The notes: a model not told the origin generated them from the letters alone. DNA of 61,580 nt, filler included, from Sandaracinaceae bacterium (GCA_947483975.1; 19 parts of 19 records of this genome joined end to end with filler, not necessarily neighbours in it), one strand, 5' to 3'; positions 31,181-42,476 are shown, counted from the whole stretch's first letter. Translations and numbers: made by a program.

Positions 31181-31809
31181 GCGGCGACTCGCCGGTTCGT
31201 CGGGACACGATCGTGCCGGGGGCGCCGCATCGCGACCGCACCGCGCGGCTGCGGGCGGGCACGCAGGGCGTCAGTGAATTCCTCGCGTTTCGCGTGGCCG
31301 ACGAGGCGTACGCGCTGCCGCTCGCGAGCGTGCGCGAGATCCTCAAGCTCGGGCCGATCACGGAGGTCCCGCGGGCGCCGAAGGACGTGCTCGGGATCGT
31401 CTCGGTGCGCGGTCGCGTGACCACCGTCTTGGATCTGCGGACGCGGCTGCGGATGCCGACCGCGGAGCCGACCAAGCACGCGCGCGTGCTGCTCGTCGAC
31501 GCCGGCGAAGAGGTGCTCGGCTTGCTCGTCGACGAGGTGCTGCAGGTCTACCGACTCCGCGCGGAGGAGATCGAGATCGCCGGCGCGGCGCAGGGCGATC
31601 TCAGCGACTACGTCCTCGGGATCGGGCGACCCGGCGCGCAGCGGGCGCAGTCGCAAAAGGCGGGCAGTGGGCGCGCGCTCAAGGGCGCGGGGGCGCTCGC
31701 CCGAGCCGCCCAGCCGTCGCGAGCCACGCCGACGCGGGCACCTGCGCGCGTCGTGCCGCAGGAGGCGCTGCTCATCCTGCTCGATCCCGGTCCACTCCTG
31801 AAGAGGTGA
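31177..31809 (+). CDS. cheW: CheW adaptor
   Basis: EFLAF...YALPL..VREI...TEVP.AP..VLG....RG.V; GTG start overlaps the cheA stop. Confidence 0.9.
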   Translation: MSGDSPVRRDTIVPGAPHRDRTARLRAGTQGVSEFLAFRVADEAYALPLASVREILKLGPITEVPRAPKDVLGIVSVRGRVTTVLDLRTRLRMPTAEPTKHARVLLVDAGEEVLGLLVDEVLQVYRLRAEEIEIAGAAQGDLSDYVLGIGRPGAQRAQSQKAGSGRALKGAGALARAAQPSRATPTRAPARVVPQEALLILLDPGPLLKR

Positions 31810-31813
31810 GCGA

Positions 31814-32320
31814 ATGCAGACGTCGTCCTCGCGCAATCGCTCCGACCGCACGAAGAACCTCGTGGGCTTCGTCGTGGGCGAGACCCGCTACGCGGTCGAC
31901 ATCCTGCGCGTGCGAGAGATCGTCAATCCACAAGAGATCGTGGCGCTGCCCCACGCTCCGCCCGTCGTGATCGGCGTCGCCGATCACCGCGGCGAGGTCG
32001 TGCCGATCCTCGATCTTCGCCGCCGCTTCGGGATGCCGTCGGTGGCCCCGACGCGGCGGACGAAGTGGATCATCGTGCGCGTCGGCAAGCGCTCGGCGGG
32101 CCTCGTGGTCGACGCCGTCACCGAGGTCTTCGGCGCCGGCGAGGACAGCGCGCGTCAGCTTCCGGAGGTGGGCGTCGGAGACGCGGCGCGCGGCATCAGC
32201 GCCGTGCACTCGCACGAGGGCTCGCTCGTGTTCGTCATCGACGTCGACCGGATCGCGGCAGCGGCAGAGGCGATCGACCCGCGCGCGTACCTCGGCGGCG
32301 GCGAGCGAGGCCCAGGATGA
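31814..32320 (+). CDS. cheW: second CheW adaptor
   Basis: LVGF.VG..YAVDI..VREI...LPHAP..V.GV...RGEVVP..DLR.RF. Confidence 0.9.
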   Translation: MQTSSSRNRSDRTKNLVGFVVGETRYAVDILRVREIVNPQEIVALPHAPPVVIGVADHRGEVVPILDLRRRFGMPSVAPTRRTKWIIVRVGKRSAGLVVDAVTEVFGAGEDSARQLPEVGVGDAARGISAVHSHEGSLVFVIDVDRIAAAAEAIDPRAYLGGGERGPG

Positions 32321-32881
32321 CGCCGGAGCAGTTCGCGAGAGCCTTCGCCTCGGACGACGCGGAGACACGCAGGCTCGCCCTCGTCGCGATCGCCGCGGCG
32401 CTGCCCGAGGGCTCGGCAGAGCACCTGATTCAGGGGCTCGGCGACGCGGACTGGCGCGTGCGAAAGGAGGCGGCGCGCACGACCGCGCTCGTCGGCGTGC
32501 GGCTGGGGATGCTGCCCGCGCTCGTCGGCGCGATCGCTCAAGGCGAGAACGTCGGCCTCCGCAACGCGGCGCTCGAGGTCGTCGACGCGCTCGGTGAGGC
32601 GGCCGAGGGCGCGCTCGTCGCAGCGATCCCGACGTCGCAGGGACCGAGCCGCAAATTCCTCATCGAGGCCCTCGGCGGGGCGCGCGGCGCGACCGCGATC
32701 GGGATGCTGGCCGAGGCCTCGGAGGACGACGATCCGAACGTCGTCGCGGCCGCGCTCGACGCGCTCGCGCGGGTCGGCGGGCCGATCGCCGAGCGCGCCT
32801 TGCGCAAGCGCCTCGCGTCCACCGAGCCCTTTCAGCGGCTCGCGGCGCTCGACGGCCTCGATCGGCTCGGCGCCGTGGTGC
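32317..32881 (+). CDS. HEAT-repeat (PBS lyase-like) protein, 3'-partial
   Basis: LGDADWRVRKEAA, LRNAALE and DDDPNVVAAALDAL repeats; ATGA coupling to cheW. Confidence 0.85.
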
Positions 32882-32981
32882 NNNNNNNNNNNNNNNNNNN
32901 NNNNNNNNNNNNNNNNNNNNNNNNNTTAATTAATTAANNNNNNNNNNNNNNNNNNNNNNNNNNNNNNNNNNNNNNNNNNNN

Positions 32982-33766
32982 GCCTGCGCGAGGCGCTCGT
33001 GGCGCGTGACCTCGAGGTCGTCGCCCGGCTCTGCACCGGCCTCGGGAGGCTCGCCGACTCGCTGCGGCACGGCGACGCGCGGGTCCCGATCGCGTGGCTC
33101 GGCGTCGCGGGCTCGGCGGCGCTCGACGTGCGGTCAGGCTCGCTCGGGGACCTGCGCCTCGTGGACACCCGCCTCCTCGAGGTCGCGCGCGAGTGGGTGG
33201 CGACCGTCGATCGAGGCGGGCTCGAGCGGCGCTACCTCGCGAACCCGCTCACCGGCGCGCTCTACCGCGAAGAGCGCCTGCGGGGTTCGGCTGCGCCTTC
33301 GCTCGGCCCGTGTCCGCGCACGTTGGAGGTCTCGCTGGCGGAGCTCGAGCCGGGGCCCTCACCGCGGCGGGTTCGTCTGCTGCAGTACGAGGTCGCGCTC
33401 GCGCCGGAGCCGCTCGTCTACACGGAGCTTGCGACGCACGCAGCAGGCAGCTTCGCCCCGCTGCTGCCGCTGTTTCGCGAGGCCATGGCGGCGTTCCCGG
33501 CGTTGGCCGAGCCGTTTCTGCTCATCGCGCCGCACGCCCTCGAGCGCACGCGCGGCGGCGCGGACCTGATCGACGCCGAGGGCGCCCGCCTCGCCCTCGC
33601 GAGCGAGCCGCCGGAGGTGACCGCGGCGCTCCTCGCGCTCGCGGCAGACGACGTGCCCGCGATCGTCGCGGGGCGGCTCATCAGCTCGGCGGGGGCGCTC
33701 GCGCTCGTGCCGCTCAGCGTCGTCGCGGGGCCGCACGACGCGCCCGTGCTGAGGCGCCTCGTCTGA
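32982..33766 (+). CDS. hypothetical protein, 5'-partial
   Basis: 255+ aa ORF with typical codon bias; no recognised motif. Confidence 0.55.
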
Positions 33767-33786
33767 GCGCAGCCCCGGTTCCGTCC

Positions 33787-33821
33787 TTGACCCATGCGAG
33801 TGGGTTGGACACTCTGCGCCC
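33787..33821 (+). promoter_or_regulatory. sigma70-type promoter, probably leaderless
   Basis: TTGACC (33787-33792), 17 nt, CACTCT (33810-33815), 6 nt, ATG; no Shine-Dalgarno. Confidence 0.5.
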
Positions 33822-34229
<408 letters not shown>

Positions 34230-34303
34230 GCCGCGCGTCACTCGCTCCAGGCGCCGCCTTCGCGCGCCCTTGGTCACCCACCAAACCTAGAGAAACACCG
34301 CCC

Positions 34304-35446
34304 ATGGACTTCGAGCTCTCCGAGACGCATCGCACGATCCGGGACACCGCCCGCGACTTCGCCACGCGCGAGGTCGCCCCGAACGCGGCCCGCTGGGACA
34401 AGGAAGAGCGCTTCCCGCACGAGATCATCCCGAAGCTCGGCGAGCTCGGCTTCCTCGGCGTGCGCATCCCGGAGGAGTACGGCGGCGCGGGCCTCGACAC
34501 GCTCGCCTACGCGATCATCGTCGAAGAGATCTCGCGCGCGGACGGCTCGCTCGGGCTGACCGTCGCCTCGCACAACGGCCTCGGCACCTCGCATATGTTC
34601 ACGTTCGGCTCCGAGGAGCTGCGGCGCAAGTACGTGCCGCTCCTCGCCTCGGGCAAGATGCTCGGCGCCTGGGCGCTGACGGAGCCGGGCGCGGGCTCCG
34701 ACGCCTCTGCGCTCGCGACGCGCGCGGTTCGCAAGGGTGACGGCTGGGTCATCAACGGCGCGAAGATGTTCATCACGCAGGGCTCCGTCGGCGGGGTGTG
34801 CGTGGTGCTCGCGACGACGAACGCCGAGAAGAAGCAGAAGGGCATCACCGCCTTCGCCGTCGAGATGGGGACGCCGGGCTTCACCGCGTCGAAGCACCTC
34901 GAGAAGATGGGGATGCGCGCGTCGGACACGGTCGAGCTGTCCTTCGAGGACGTCGAAGTGCCCGACTCCATGCGGATCGGCGAGGTCGACGGCGGCTTCA
35001 TCGACACACTCAAGATCCTCGACCGCGGCCGCGTCTCCATCGCCGCGCTCGCGCTCGGGCTCGGCGAGGGCGCGCTCGCGGCCGCCATCAAGTACGCGAA
35101 GGACCGCACCGCCTTCGGGCAGCCCATCGCGAATTTCCAGGCGATCCAGTGGATGATCGCCGACTCCCGCACCGAGCTCGACGCTGCGCGCCTGCTCGTT
35201 TGGCGCGCCGCCGTGCTCGCCGACAGCGGCCAGCGCTACTCGACGGAGGCGTCGATGGCCAAGCTCTTCGCGAGCGAGGCGGCGTCCCGCGCCTGCAACC
35301 GCGCCGTGCAGATCCACGGCGGCTACGGCTATACGCGCGACTTCCCGGTCGAGCGGCACCTGCGCGACGCCAAGCTCTGCGAGATCGGCGAGGGCACCAG
35401 CGAGGTGCAGCGCATGGTCATCGCCCGGAACATCCTGAGCGCGTAG
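34304..35446 (+). CDS. acyl-CoA dehydrogenase
   Basis: [36 protein letters not shown] and IGEGTSEVQ motifs. Confidence 0.95.
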   Translation: MDFELSETHRTIRDTARDFATREVAPNAARWDKEERFPHEIIPKLGELGFLGVRIPEEYGGAGLDTLAYAIIVEEISRADGSLGLTVASHNGLGTSHMFTFGSEELRRKYVPLLASGKMLGAWALTEPGAGSDASALATRAVRKGDGWVINGAKMFITQGSVGGVCVVLATTNAEKKQKGITAFAVEMGTPGFTASKHLEKMGMRASDTVELSFEDVEVPDSMRIGEVDGGFIDTLKILDRGRVSIAALALGLGEGALAAAIKYAKDRTAFGQPIANFQAIQWMIADSRTELDAARLLVWRAAVLADSGQRYSTEASMAKLFASEAASRACNRAVQIHGGYGYTRDFPVERHLRDAKLCEIGEGTSEVQRMVIARNILSA

Positions 35447-35473
35447 CTCCGGAGGACACTAAGGCGCGTCGCG

Positions 35474-36082
35474 CTACCTCGGCGCGCGCCGAGGTCGGTG
35501 CGCGTGCCCATGCCCGTGCCGACTGCGATGGCGGCGGCGGCCCGTGCCCGGCGGGCCTTCCCCGAGCACCAGCACCTCGACGCGCACCTCGGCGACCCCG
35601 CGGTGCGTCGTGCCGAGGCGCTCCGCCGCCGCGCGGGAGAGGTCGAGGAGGCGCGAGGCATCGCCGAACGGACCGCGATCGTTGACGCGCACGATGACGC
35701 GCTGAGTCTCGTCGTCGGTCCGCACGACGCGCACGATCGTGTCGAAGGGCAGGGTGCGGCTCGCGCAGGTGTACGCCTGCGGATCGTAGGGCTCGCCGGT
35801 CGCGGTCGGGTTCCCCGCGAGGCTGTCGGCGTAGTAGCTCGCTTGGCCGCTCAGCGTCTGGACGGGGGGCGCGTCGCGGTACTCAGCGTCGAGCGGGTTC
35901 TCGCGCGAGGTCGCCTCGCCGCTCGGCGCAGTGCCGGCGCGCACGAGCGCGGCGTCTGCGGCGGAGAGCGTCGAGCCCTCGTCGTCGGGCTCCTCGGGCA
36001 GGCGATGCGTCGGCGCCGTACCCGCGCGCACCAGCATCCGCGAGCGCTCGTCGTCGCTGCCGCGCGCCGCGAGCCCGCCGCA
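35474..36082 (-). CDS. rlpA: RlpA-family lytic transglycosylase (DPBB domain), 5'-partial
   Basis: G.ASYY...G.PTATGE.YD....ASRTLPF...V.VRVNDRGPF...LDLSRAAA. Confidence 0.88.
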   Translation of the reverse strand, partial: CGGLAARGSDDERSRMLVRAGTAPTHRLPEEPDDEGSTLSAADAALVRAGTAPSGEATSRENPLDAEYRDAPPVQTLSGQASYYADSLAGNPTATGEPYDPQAYTCASRTLPFDTIVRVVRTDDETQRVIVRVNDRGPFGDASRLLDLSRAAAERLGTTHRGVAEVRVEVLVLGEGPPGTGRRRHRSRHGHGHAHRPRRAPR

Positions 36083-36340
36083 NNNNNNNNNNNNNNNNNN
36101 NNNNNNNNNNNNNNNNNNNNNNNNNNTTAATTAATTAANNNNNNNNNNNNNNNNNNNNNNNNNNNNNNNNNNNNNNNNNNNNAAATGCCTCGGCTGCACC
36201 GAGCCGCGCGGCGCCGTCGCGGCACGTTCTGCCGCCGCATCTGCCCCGTGCGAGCCCTCGCGCGCACACCTCGTGGCGCGCCGCGCCGCGCCGCGATGGT
36301 CTGCGCCGCGATGGTCTGCGCCGCTCTGCGCGCGCGCCGC

Positions 36341-37831
36341 TCACTCGCCGTCGGGCTTCGCCGCCGCGGCGGCCTTCGCGGCGACCGCCGCGTCCTTCTT
36401 CGCCTTCATCGTCGTGCGCAGCCGGGACGCGTAGCCGAGCTTGTTCTCTTGCTTCGTTCGGCTGATCGCGAGGGCGTCGTCGGGCACGTCCTTCGTCACC
36501 GTCGTGCCCGTCGCGACGTACGCGCCGCGGCCGACGGTGACCGGCGCGACGAGCTGCGAGTCGGAGCCGATGAACGCGCCGTCGAGGAGGCGCGTCGTGT
36601 GCTTCTGAAAGCCGTCGTAGTTGCAGAAGATCGTGCCGGCGCCGACGTTCACGTCCTCGCCGATCACGCCGTCGCCGAGGTACGCGAGGTGATTCGCCTT
36701 GCTGCGCGCGCCGAGCGAGGTCGCCTTCGTCTCGACGAAATTGCCGACGTGCGCGTCCGGGCCGAGCGTCGACTTCGGCCGCAGGTGCGAGAACGGACCG
36801 ACCTGCGCGCGCTCGCCGATCACGCTGTCCGTCGCGACGGTGTACGGCTTCAGCCGCGCGCCCGCCTCGACGAGGACGTCCTCGAGCACGCAGCCGACGT
36901 CGAGGCGCGCGCCTGCGCCGATCTGCGTGCGCCCGCGCAGCACGACGCCGGGCTCGAGCGTCACGTCCGCCGCGATGACGACGTCCGCGTCCACGTACGT
37001 CGTGCTCGGATCGCGCAGCGTCACGCCGCTCTTCGCGAGCGCGCGGTTGAGGCGCTCGCGCAAGAGCGTCTCGGCGCGCGCGAGGTCGTAGCGGTCGTTG
37101 ACGCCGTGGAGGTCCTCCATGGGCCACGCGCGCCCGGCGACGCCCGCGGCGTCCTCCTGCGCGGCGCGCGCGACGACGTCCGTCAGGTACAGCTCGCCCT
37201 GCGCGTTCTTCGCGTCGAGCGCCGCGATCGAGCGCGCGAGAAAGCGCTTCTCTACCGCGTAGACGCCCGGGTTCATCTCGCGAATCGCGCGCTCTGCTGC
37301 GCTCGCGTCCTTGTGCTCGCGGATCGCGACGATGCGCCCGCCCTCGTCGCGCACGACGCGCCCGTAGCCCGTCGGATCGTTGACGACGCCGGTCAGCATC
37401 GCGCACTTCGAGCGCGCGCCGTCTGCGCCCCGCGTGGCCTCGAGCAGCGCGCTGAGCGCCTCGTGCCGCAAGAGCGGCGTGTCGCCGCAGAGCACGACGA
37501 CGTAGTCGTCCTCGCTCACGCCCTCGAGCGCGGGCAGCGCCGAGCGCACCGCGTCGCCCGTGCCGAGCTGCCGCTCCTGCACCGCCGTCGTGACGCGCCC
37601 GTCGGCCGTGTGCGCGGGGAAGCGCGCCGCGAGCGTCGCCGCGACCGCCTCGCGCCCGTGTCCGACGACGACGACGACCCGCGTCGCGCCCGCGTCGAGC
37701 GCCGCGTGCACCGGCCAAGCGACCAGCTCTCGCCCGCAGAGCGGGTGCAGCACCTTCGGCAGCGCGCTCTTCATGCGCGTCCCTTGCCCCGCCGCGAGCA
37801 CCACCGCGACGAACCCCGCGCGCTCAGTCAT
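36341..37831 (-). CDS. glmU: bifunctional UDP-GlcNAc pyrophosphorylase / GlcN-1-P acetyltransferase
   Basis: LAAGQGTRMKS..PKVLH, QLGTG, GYGR, E.YLTD, GVND, GNFVETK, HLAYLGD and CNYDG motifs. Confidence 0.97.
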   Translation of the reverse strand: MTERAGFVAVVLAAGQGTRMKSALPKVLHPLCGRELVAWPVHAALDAGATRVVVVVGHGREAVAATLAARFPAHTADGRVTTAVQERQLGTGDAVRSALPALEGVSEDDYVVVLCGDTPLLRHEALSALLEATRGADGARSKCAMLTGVVNDPTGYGRVVRDEGGRIVAIREHKDASAAERAIREMNPGVYAVEKRFLARSIAALDAKNAQGELYLTDVVARAAQEDAAGVAGRAWPMEDLHGVNDRYDLARAETLLRERLNRALAKSGVTLRDPSTTYVDADVVIAADVTLEPGVVLRGRTQIGAGARLDVGCVLEDVLVEAGARLKPYTVATDSVIGERAQVGPFSHLRPKSTLGPDAHVGNFVETKATSLGARSKANHLAYLGDGVIGEDVNVGAGTIFCNYDGFQKHTTRLLDGAFIGSDSQLVAPVTVGRGAYVATGTTVTKDVPDDALAISRTKQENKLGYASRLRTTMKAKKDAAVAAKAAAAAKPDGE

Positions 37832-37834
37832 CGC

Positions 37835-39001
37835 TCACTCCTCTTCGACGACCTGCGCGCGCTCGGTGCCGACGAGAAAGCCGGCGACGCGAGCGAGCGA
37901 GCGCAGATCGTGGACGTCTTCCTCGAACGCCGGCACCTCGACGTAGAGCATCGTCTTGCCGCCGCGCGCCTTCAGCCGCTCGGTCTCGATGCGGTCGGCG
38001 ATCGCGAGCAGGCGCTCGTCGTCGAGCGCGCGGTGCATCCTCGACACCGCTTGCGCCGCGTCGACGCTCGCCGGCAGCACGGCGCGCGCGGCCGCCTCGA
38101 GCTCCGCCGTGCCGACGTGCGGCTCCGCGTGCAGCGGGTGGATCTGATTGACGATGTAGGCCTCGCAGCCCATCCCCGTCGAGCGCAGGCGCTCCCCGAG
38201 GAACAGGCTCTCGTCGACCGCGAGCGGCTTCGGGCTCGTGACGACGACGAACGCGACCTCGGGGCTGCGGAGCGCGTCCGACATCTGCTTCGCGCGCTCG
38301 CGGAAGCCCCCGAAGAGCGCGTTCAGCTCCACGACGAAGTGCGCGACCTCGTCGAGGAACTCTGCGCCGGTGAAGTTCGCCAGGCCCCGGATCAGGAACG
38401 ACGCGCCCTTGCCGAGCAGGTTGAGCGAGAGCTTGCCGCTCGACTGAAAGGCCGTCGTGAACCAGCGCATCGCCTGCGAGTCGATCGTGCTCGTCAGCTT
38501 CTCGGGCGCGTCGAGGAAGTCGAGCGCGTTCGAGGTCGGCGGCGTGTCGAGGATGATCAGGTCGTAGCGAGAGTCGCCGCGCACCGCGTGCAGCTTCTCC
38601 ATCGCCATGTATTCCTGCGTGCCCGCGAGGGACGTCGAGACGTACTGATAGAGCTTGTTGGCGAGGATGCGCTCGGCGCGCTCCGGCGTCGGGGCGAAGC
38701 GCACGACGATCTCGTCGAAGGTGCGCTTGGTGTCGAGCATCATCGCCGAGAGCGAGCCCGCGCAGACGAGCCCTTGCTCCTCGAAGATCGAGGGCGCGAT
38801 CAGCTGCTCGTCGGTCGTCATCTCGCGCAGCCCGAGGCTGTTCGCGAGGCGCCGCGCCGGGTCGATCGTCAGGCAGAGGACGCGCTTGCCGCCCATCGCA
38901 GCGTGCAGCGCGAGCGCGGCAGCGGTCGTCGTCTTGCCGACGCCGCCTGAGCCCACGCACACCACGACGCGATGGCTCGCGAGCACGTCCGAGAGGGTCA
39001 T
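37835..39001 (-). CDS. ArsA/Get3-family ATPase
   Basis: GSGGVGKTT, TIDPARRLA, GTQEYMAMEKL and LDTPPT motifs. Confidence 0.9.
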   Translation of the reverse strand: MTLSDVLASHRVVVCVGSGGVGKTTTAAALALHAAMGGKRVLCLTIDPARRLANSLGLREMTTDEQLIAPSIFEEQGLVCAGSLSAMMLDTKRTFDEIVVRFAPTPERAERILANKLYQYVSTSLAGTQEYMAMEKLHAVRGDSRYDLIILDTPPTSNALDFLDAPEKLTSTIDSQAMRWFTTAFQSSGKLSLNLLGKGASFLIRGLANFTGAEFLDEVAHFVVELNALFGGFRERAKQMSDALRSPEVAFVVVTSPKPLAVDESLFLGERLRSTGMGCEAYIVNQIHPLHAEPHVGTAELEAAARAVLPASVDAAQAVSRMHRALDDERLLAIADRIETERLKARGGKTMLYVEVPAFEEDVHDLRSLARVAGFLVGTERAQVVEEE

Positions 39002-39087
39002 TGCGGCCGCGGAACCTAGCACATCCGATCCGTGATACACGTTTTGCAGGTCGTGGGCGCAGAGGTTCTCGGAGTCCACGGAGCCGC

Positions 39088-39280
39088 ATGGTCAAGCGCA
39101 TCGTCCTCGTCGGGGCTCACACGGAGCCGCGCGATCTCACGCAGAGCGCCCTCGTCGCCGCAGGCTTCGAGGTGGACGCGCACGCGAGCGGTGAGGCTGC
39201 GCTCGAGGCGATGCGCGCGCAGGCGCCCGACGCGCTCGTCACCGACTTCACGCTCGGCGCGCTCGGTGGCGCGGAGCTCG
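39088..39280 (+). CDS. response regulator receiver protein, 3'-partial
   Basis: MVKRIVLV...AGFEV...SGEAALE....PDALVTD..L....GAEL. Confidence 0.7.
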
Positions 39281-39380
39281 NNNNNNNNNNNNNNNNNNNN
39301 NNNNNNNNNNNNNNNNNNNNNNNNTTAATTAATTAANNNNNNNNNNNNNNNNNNNNNNNNNNNNNNNNNNNNNNNNNNNN

Positions 39381-39710
39381 AATCCGGTGCAGCCGGTGCG
39401 CCCGGGCACGCAGATCGGCGTCGGCGTTCGTCCCGGCGTCGTGCAGGCGGGCGTCGTCAATCCGGTGCAGCCGGTGCAGCCGGGCACGCAGATCGGCGTC
39501 GGGGTCCGCCCTGGCACCGTGCAGGCGGGCGTCGTCAATCCGGTGCAGCCGGTGCGCCCGGGCACGCAGATCGGCGTCGGCGTTCGTCCCGGCGTCGTGC
39601 AGGCGGGCGTCGTCAATCCGGTGCAGCCGGTGCAGCCGGGCACGCAGCTCGGCGTCGGGGTCCGCCCCGGCACCGTGCAGGCGGGCGTCGTCAATCCCGT
39701 GCGACCTGGC
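39381..39710 (+). repeat. coding tandem repeat, 78-bp unit in A-B-A-B order (156-bp higher-order unit)
   Basis: Units start at 39381, 39459, 39537 and 39615, with a partial unit at 39693. Confidence 0.9.
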
Positions 39711-40019
39711 CTCAACGTCAACGTCGGCGGCAACGTCAGCGTCGGCAACAACCCGGCGCTCCCCACGAACGTGCAGCTTCAGTGCAGCGCGTCCGGCGCG
39801 GTGCCCCGCGGCGCGCAGCTCATGATCCAGGGGAACGGCTTCGGCGCGGACACGCGCGTGCAGATCGGCGGGCAGTTCGCGCCGATCGTTCGCACCTCCG
39901 CGACGCAGGCCGTCGTGCAGGTCCCGAATGACTCGCCCGGAGGCGTCGTGTCGGTGACCTCGGGCGGGCAGACCGTCAGCTGCGGCTCGGTCCGCACGAT
40001 GGGCGCCGGCGGCAGGTAG
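39381..40019 (+). CDS. Pro/Val/Gly-rich repeat protein with C-terminal IPT/TIG-like domain, 5'-partial
   Basis: 26-aa repeats, then G..L.IQG.GFG..T.V.IGG..A.IV..SAT...V.VP. Confidence 0.7.
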   Translation, partial: NPVQPVRPGTQIGVGVRPGVVQAGVVNPVQPVQPGTQIGVGVRPGTVQAGVVNPVQPVRPGTQIGVGVRPGVVQAGVVNPVQPVQPGTQLGVGVRPGTVQAGVVNPVRPGLNVNVGGNVSVGNNPALPTNVQLQCSASGAVPRGAQLMIQGNGFGADTRVQIGGQFAPIVRTSATQAVVQVPNDSPGGVVSVTSGGQTVSCGSVRTMGAGGR

Positions 40020-40102
40020 CGCGCTCGGCTCGGCTCGAAGAGGCGCGGGCGGCGGGTCAAACCGCTCGCCCGCGCGCTCGTTTCAGGGCCCTGAGTGCCG
40101 GG

Positions 40103-40963
40103 TCACTTCGGATAGACGTAGAAGCCCTCGCCGCTCTTTCGGCCGAGCTTGCCGGCGCGAACCAGCTGGCGCAGCAGCGCGGGTGGCCGGAACTGCTCGC
40201 CGAGCTCGCGGTGCAGGTGCTCGAGGATCGCGAGCCGCACGTCGAGCCCGACGAGGTCGGTGAGCTCGAGCGGTCCGAGCGGGTGCTTGTAGCCGAGCTT
40301 CATCGCGGTATCGATGTCCTCTGCGCTCGCGACGCCCTGCTCGAGCATGCGGATCGCCTCCGCGCCGATCGCCACGCCGAGGCGCGAGGTCGCGAAGCCG
40401 GGGAAGTCGCGGACGACGATCGCCTTCTTGCCGAGCTTCTCGACGAGCGCGCGCGCGCCCTCGAGCGCCGCCTCACCCGTGCGAATCCCGCGCACGATCT
40501 CGACGAGCTCCATCACCGGCACCGGGTTGAAGAAGTGCAGCCCGACGACGCGCGAGGGATCGCGCACGGCGCCCGCGATCTCGGTGACGCTGAGCGAAGA
40601 GGTGTTCGTCGCGAGCAGCGCGTGTGGCGGCGCGAGCGCGTCGAGCTCCCGGAACGCCGCGAGCTTCCACTCCATGCGCTCGGGGATCGCCTCGATGACG
40701 ACGTCCGCGTCGCGCACGGCGTCGGCGAGCACCGTCGTCGTCGTGAGCGCCGCGAGCACGCGCGCGCGCCCGGCGTCGTCGAGCTTGCCCTTCTCGACGA
40801 GGCGATCGAGCGACTTGCGCACGCCCGCGACGCCCTTCGTGAGCGCCGCCTCCGACACATCCTGCAGCGCGACCTCGCAGCCCGCCTGCGCGCAGACCTG
40901 CGCCACGCCGTGCCCCATCGTGCCCGCCCCGAGGACGGCGACCTTGCGAATGCTGAGCGTCAT
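40103..40963 (-). CDS. 3-hydroxyacyl(butyryl)-CoA dehydrogenase
   Basis: GAGTMGHG, EAIPE, TNTSSL, GLHFFNP, PLGPL.L.D.VGLD and LGRKSG.GFY motifs. Confidence 0.93.
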   Translation of the reverse strand: MTLSIRKVAVLGAGTMGHGVAQVCAQAGCEVALQDVSEAALTKGVAGVRKSLDRLVEKGKLDDAGRARVLAALTTTTVLADAVRDADVVIEAIPERMEWKLAAFRELDALAPPHALLATNTSSLSVTEIAGAVRDPSRVVGLHFFNPVPVMELVEIVRGIRTGEAALEGARALVEKLGKKAIVVRDFPGFATSRLGVAIGAEAIRMLEQGVASAEDIDTAMKLGYKHPLGPLELTDLVGLDVRLAILEHLHRELGEQFRPPALLRQLVRAGKLGRKSGEGFYVYPK

Positions 40964-41004
40964 GCGTCGAGGGCTAGCATGGAGCGACGTGCTAGACCGC
41001 TCGC

Positions 41005-42476
41005 GTGACTCGGCTGCCAGGGGTGTCTCGGCCGCGTGCGCTCGTGCTCGGGCTCGACGGCCTCGACCCCGACGTCGTGCGGGCGCTCGGGGCAGCGCGC
41101 CTCCCGCACCTGCACGCGCTCGCGGCCCGCGGCGTGTTCGCGCGGCTCGAGAGCGTCCTGCCCGCGGCGACGCTGCCGAATTGGTCAACCTTCTTGACCG
41201 GTCTCGACCCAGGCGCGCACGGAGTGTTCGACTTCACGACCCGCACTGGCTACCGCGTGCGCTTCACGGGCGGCGCGGTGCGCGCGGCGCCGACGGTCTT
41301 CGCGCGCCTCGACGCGGCGGGGCTGCGCTGCGCGTGCGTAGGCTTTCCGGGGACGTGGCCGCCCGAGCGCCTGCGGCACGGCGTCTTCGTCAGCGGCTGG
41401 GACTCGCCCGTCGCGTTCGAGGCGGACCGCAGCTTCGTGTGGCCGCCGGAGCTCTACGACGCGCTGCGGGCGCGCAGCGGTGGGCTCCGCTTCGACGACG
41501 TCGACGAGCTCGCGGCAGAGACTCCCGGCTGGCACGCGGCGCTGCCCGACGCGCTCGTCGCGCGCATCGAGCGCAAGCGGGAGCTCGCGTCTTGGCTGCT
41601 CGCGGAGCGCGACTGGGATGTGTTCGCGTTCTACTTCGGCGAGAGCGACACCGCCGCGCATTACCTGTGGTCGCAGCACGATCCGCGCTCTCCGCGGCGT
41701 CCGCACGACGTCTCTGCGCGTGACGCCGACGGGCTCTCGCGCGTCTATGCGGCGCTCGACGCGGCGGTCGGCGCGCTCGTCGCGCAGGCGGGCGGCGACG
41801 CCGTCGAGGTGACGCTCGTCAGCGATCACGGCGCGGGCGGCACGAGCGACCGCGCGCTCTATCTCAATCGCGCGCTCGAGGACGCGGGGCTCTGCGCGCT
41901 GCGACCCGCGCGCCTCGGCAACTCGCTCACGCGGCAGCTCAAGGAGACCGCGCTGACGCGCCTCCCGCCGCGCGCGCGGGAGCTCGCGTTTCGCGCAGCG
42001 GGGCGCGTCTTGCCGGGCTGGCTCGAGTCGCGGGCGCGCTTCGCGCAGCTCGATTTTCCTCGGACGCAGGCGTTCTCCGAGGAGCTCAATTACTTCCCCT
42101 CGGTGTGGCTCAACGTGCGCGGCCGCGAGCCGCTCGGGACGGTCGAGCCGCGCGACTTGCCGCGGGTCCGCGAGCGCGTGCGCGAGGCGCTGATGGCGCT
42201 CCGAGATCCGTGGGACGGGACGCCCGTCGTGCGCGCGGTGCACGCCCGCGAGGACGTCTATGCGGGACCGCTCGTCGACCGCGCGCCCGACCTCGTGCTC
42301 GACCTCGCGCTGCCCGGCGGCTACTCGTACAACGTGCTGCCGAGCGCGTCCGCGCCGCCGCGCGCGCTGCTCGGCGGGACGGGCGCGTGGCGCCGCCTCG
42401 GGCCGAGCGAGTACCTCGGTCGCAAGGGGCGCTCGCTGCCGGGCAGCCATCGCTCGCACGGCGTCTACCTCGCCGC
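41005..42476 (+). CDS. alkaline phosphatase superfamily (type I phosphodiesterase-like) protein, 3'-partial
   Basis: LGLDG, T.PNW...TG..PG.HGVFDF, D..AH..W, VSDHG, APDL and GSH motifs. Confidence 0.85.

Noticed and set aside
36289..36325. 15-bp tandem duplication CCGCGATGGTCTGCG downstream of glmU
   Set aside because: Two copies in low-complexity GC-rich sequence; most likely slippage.
39381..39710. Regularly spaced repeats as a possible CRISPR array
   Set aside because: The units are contiguous, in frame and have no unique spacers; no cas genes are present in the window.
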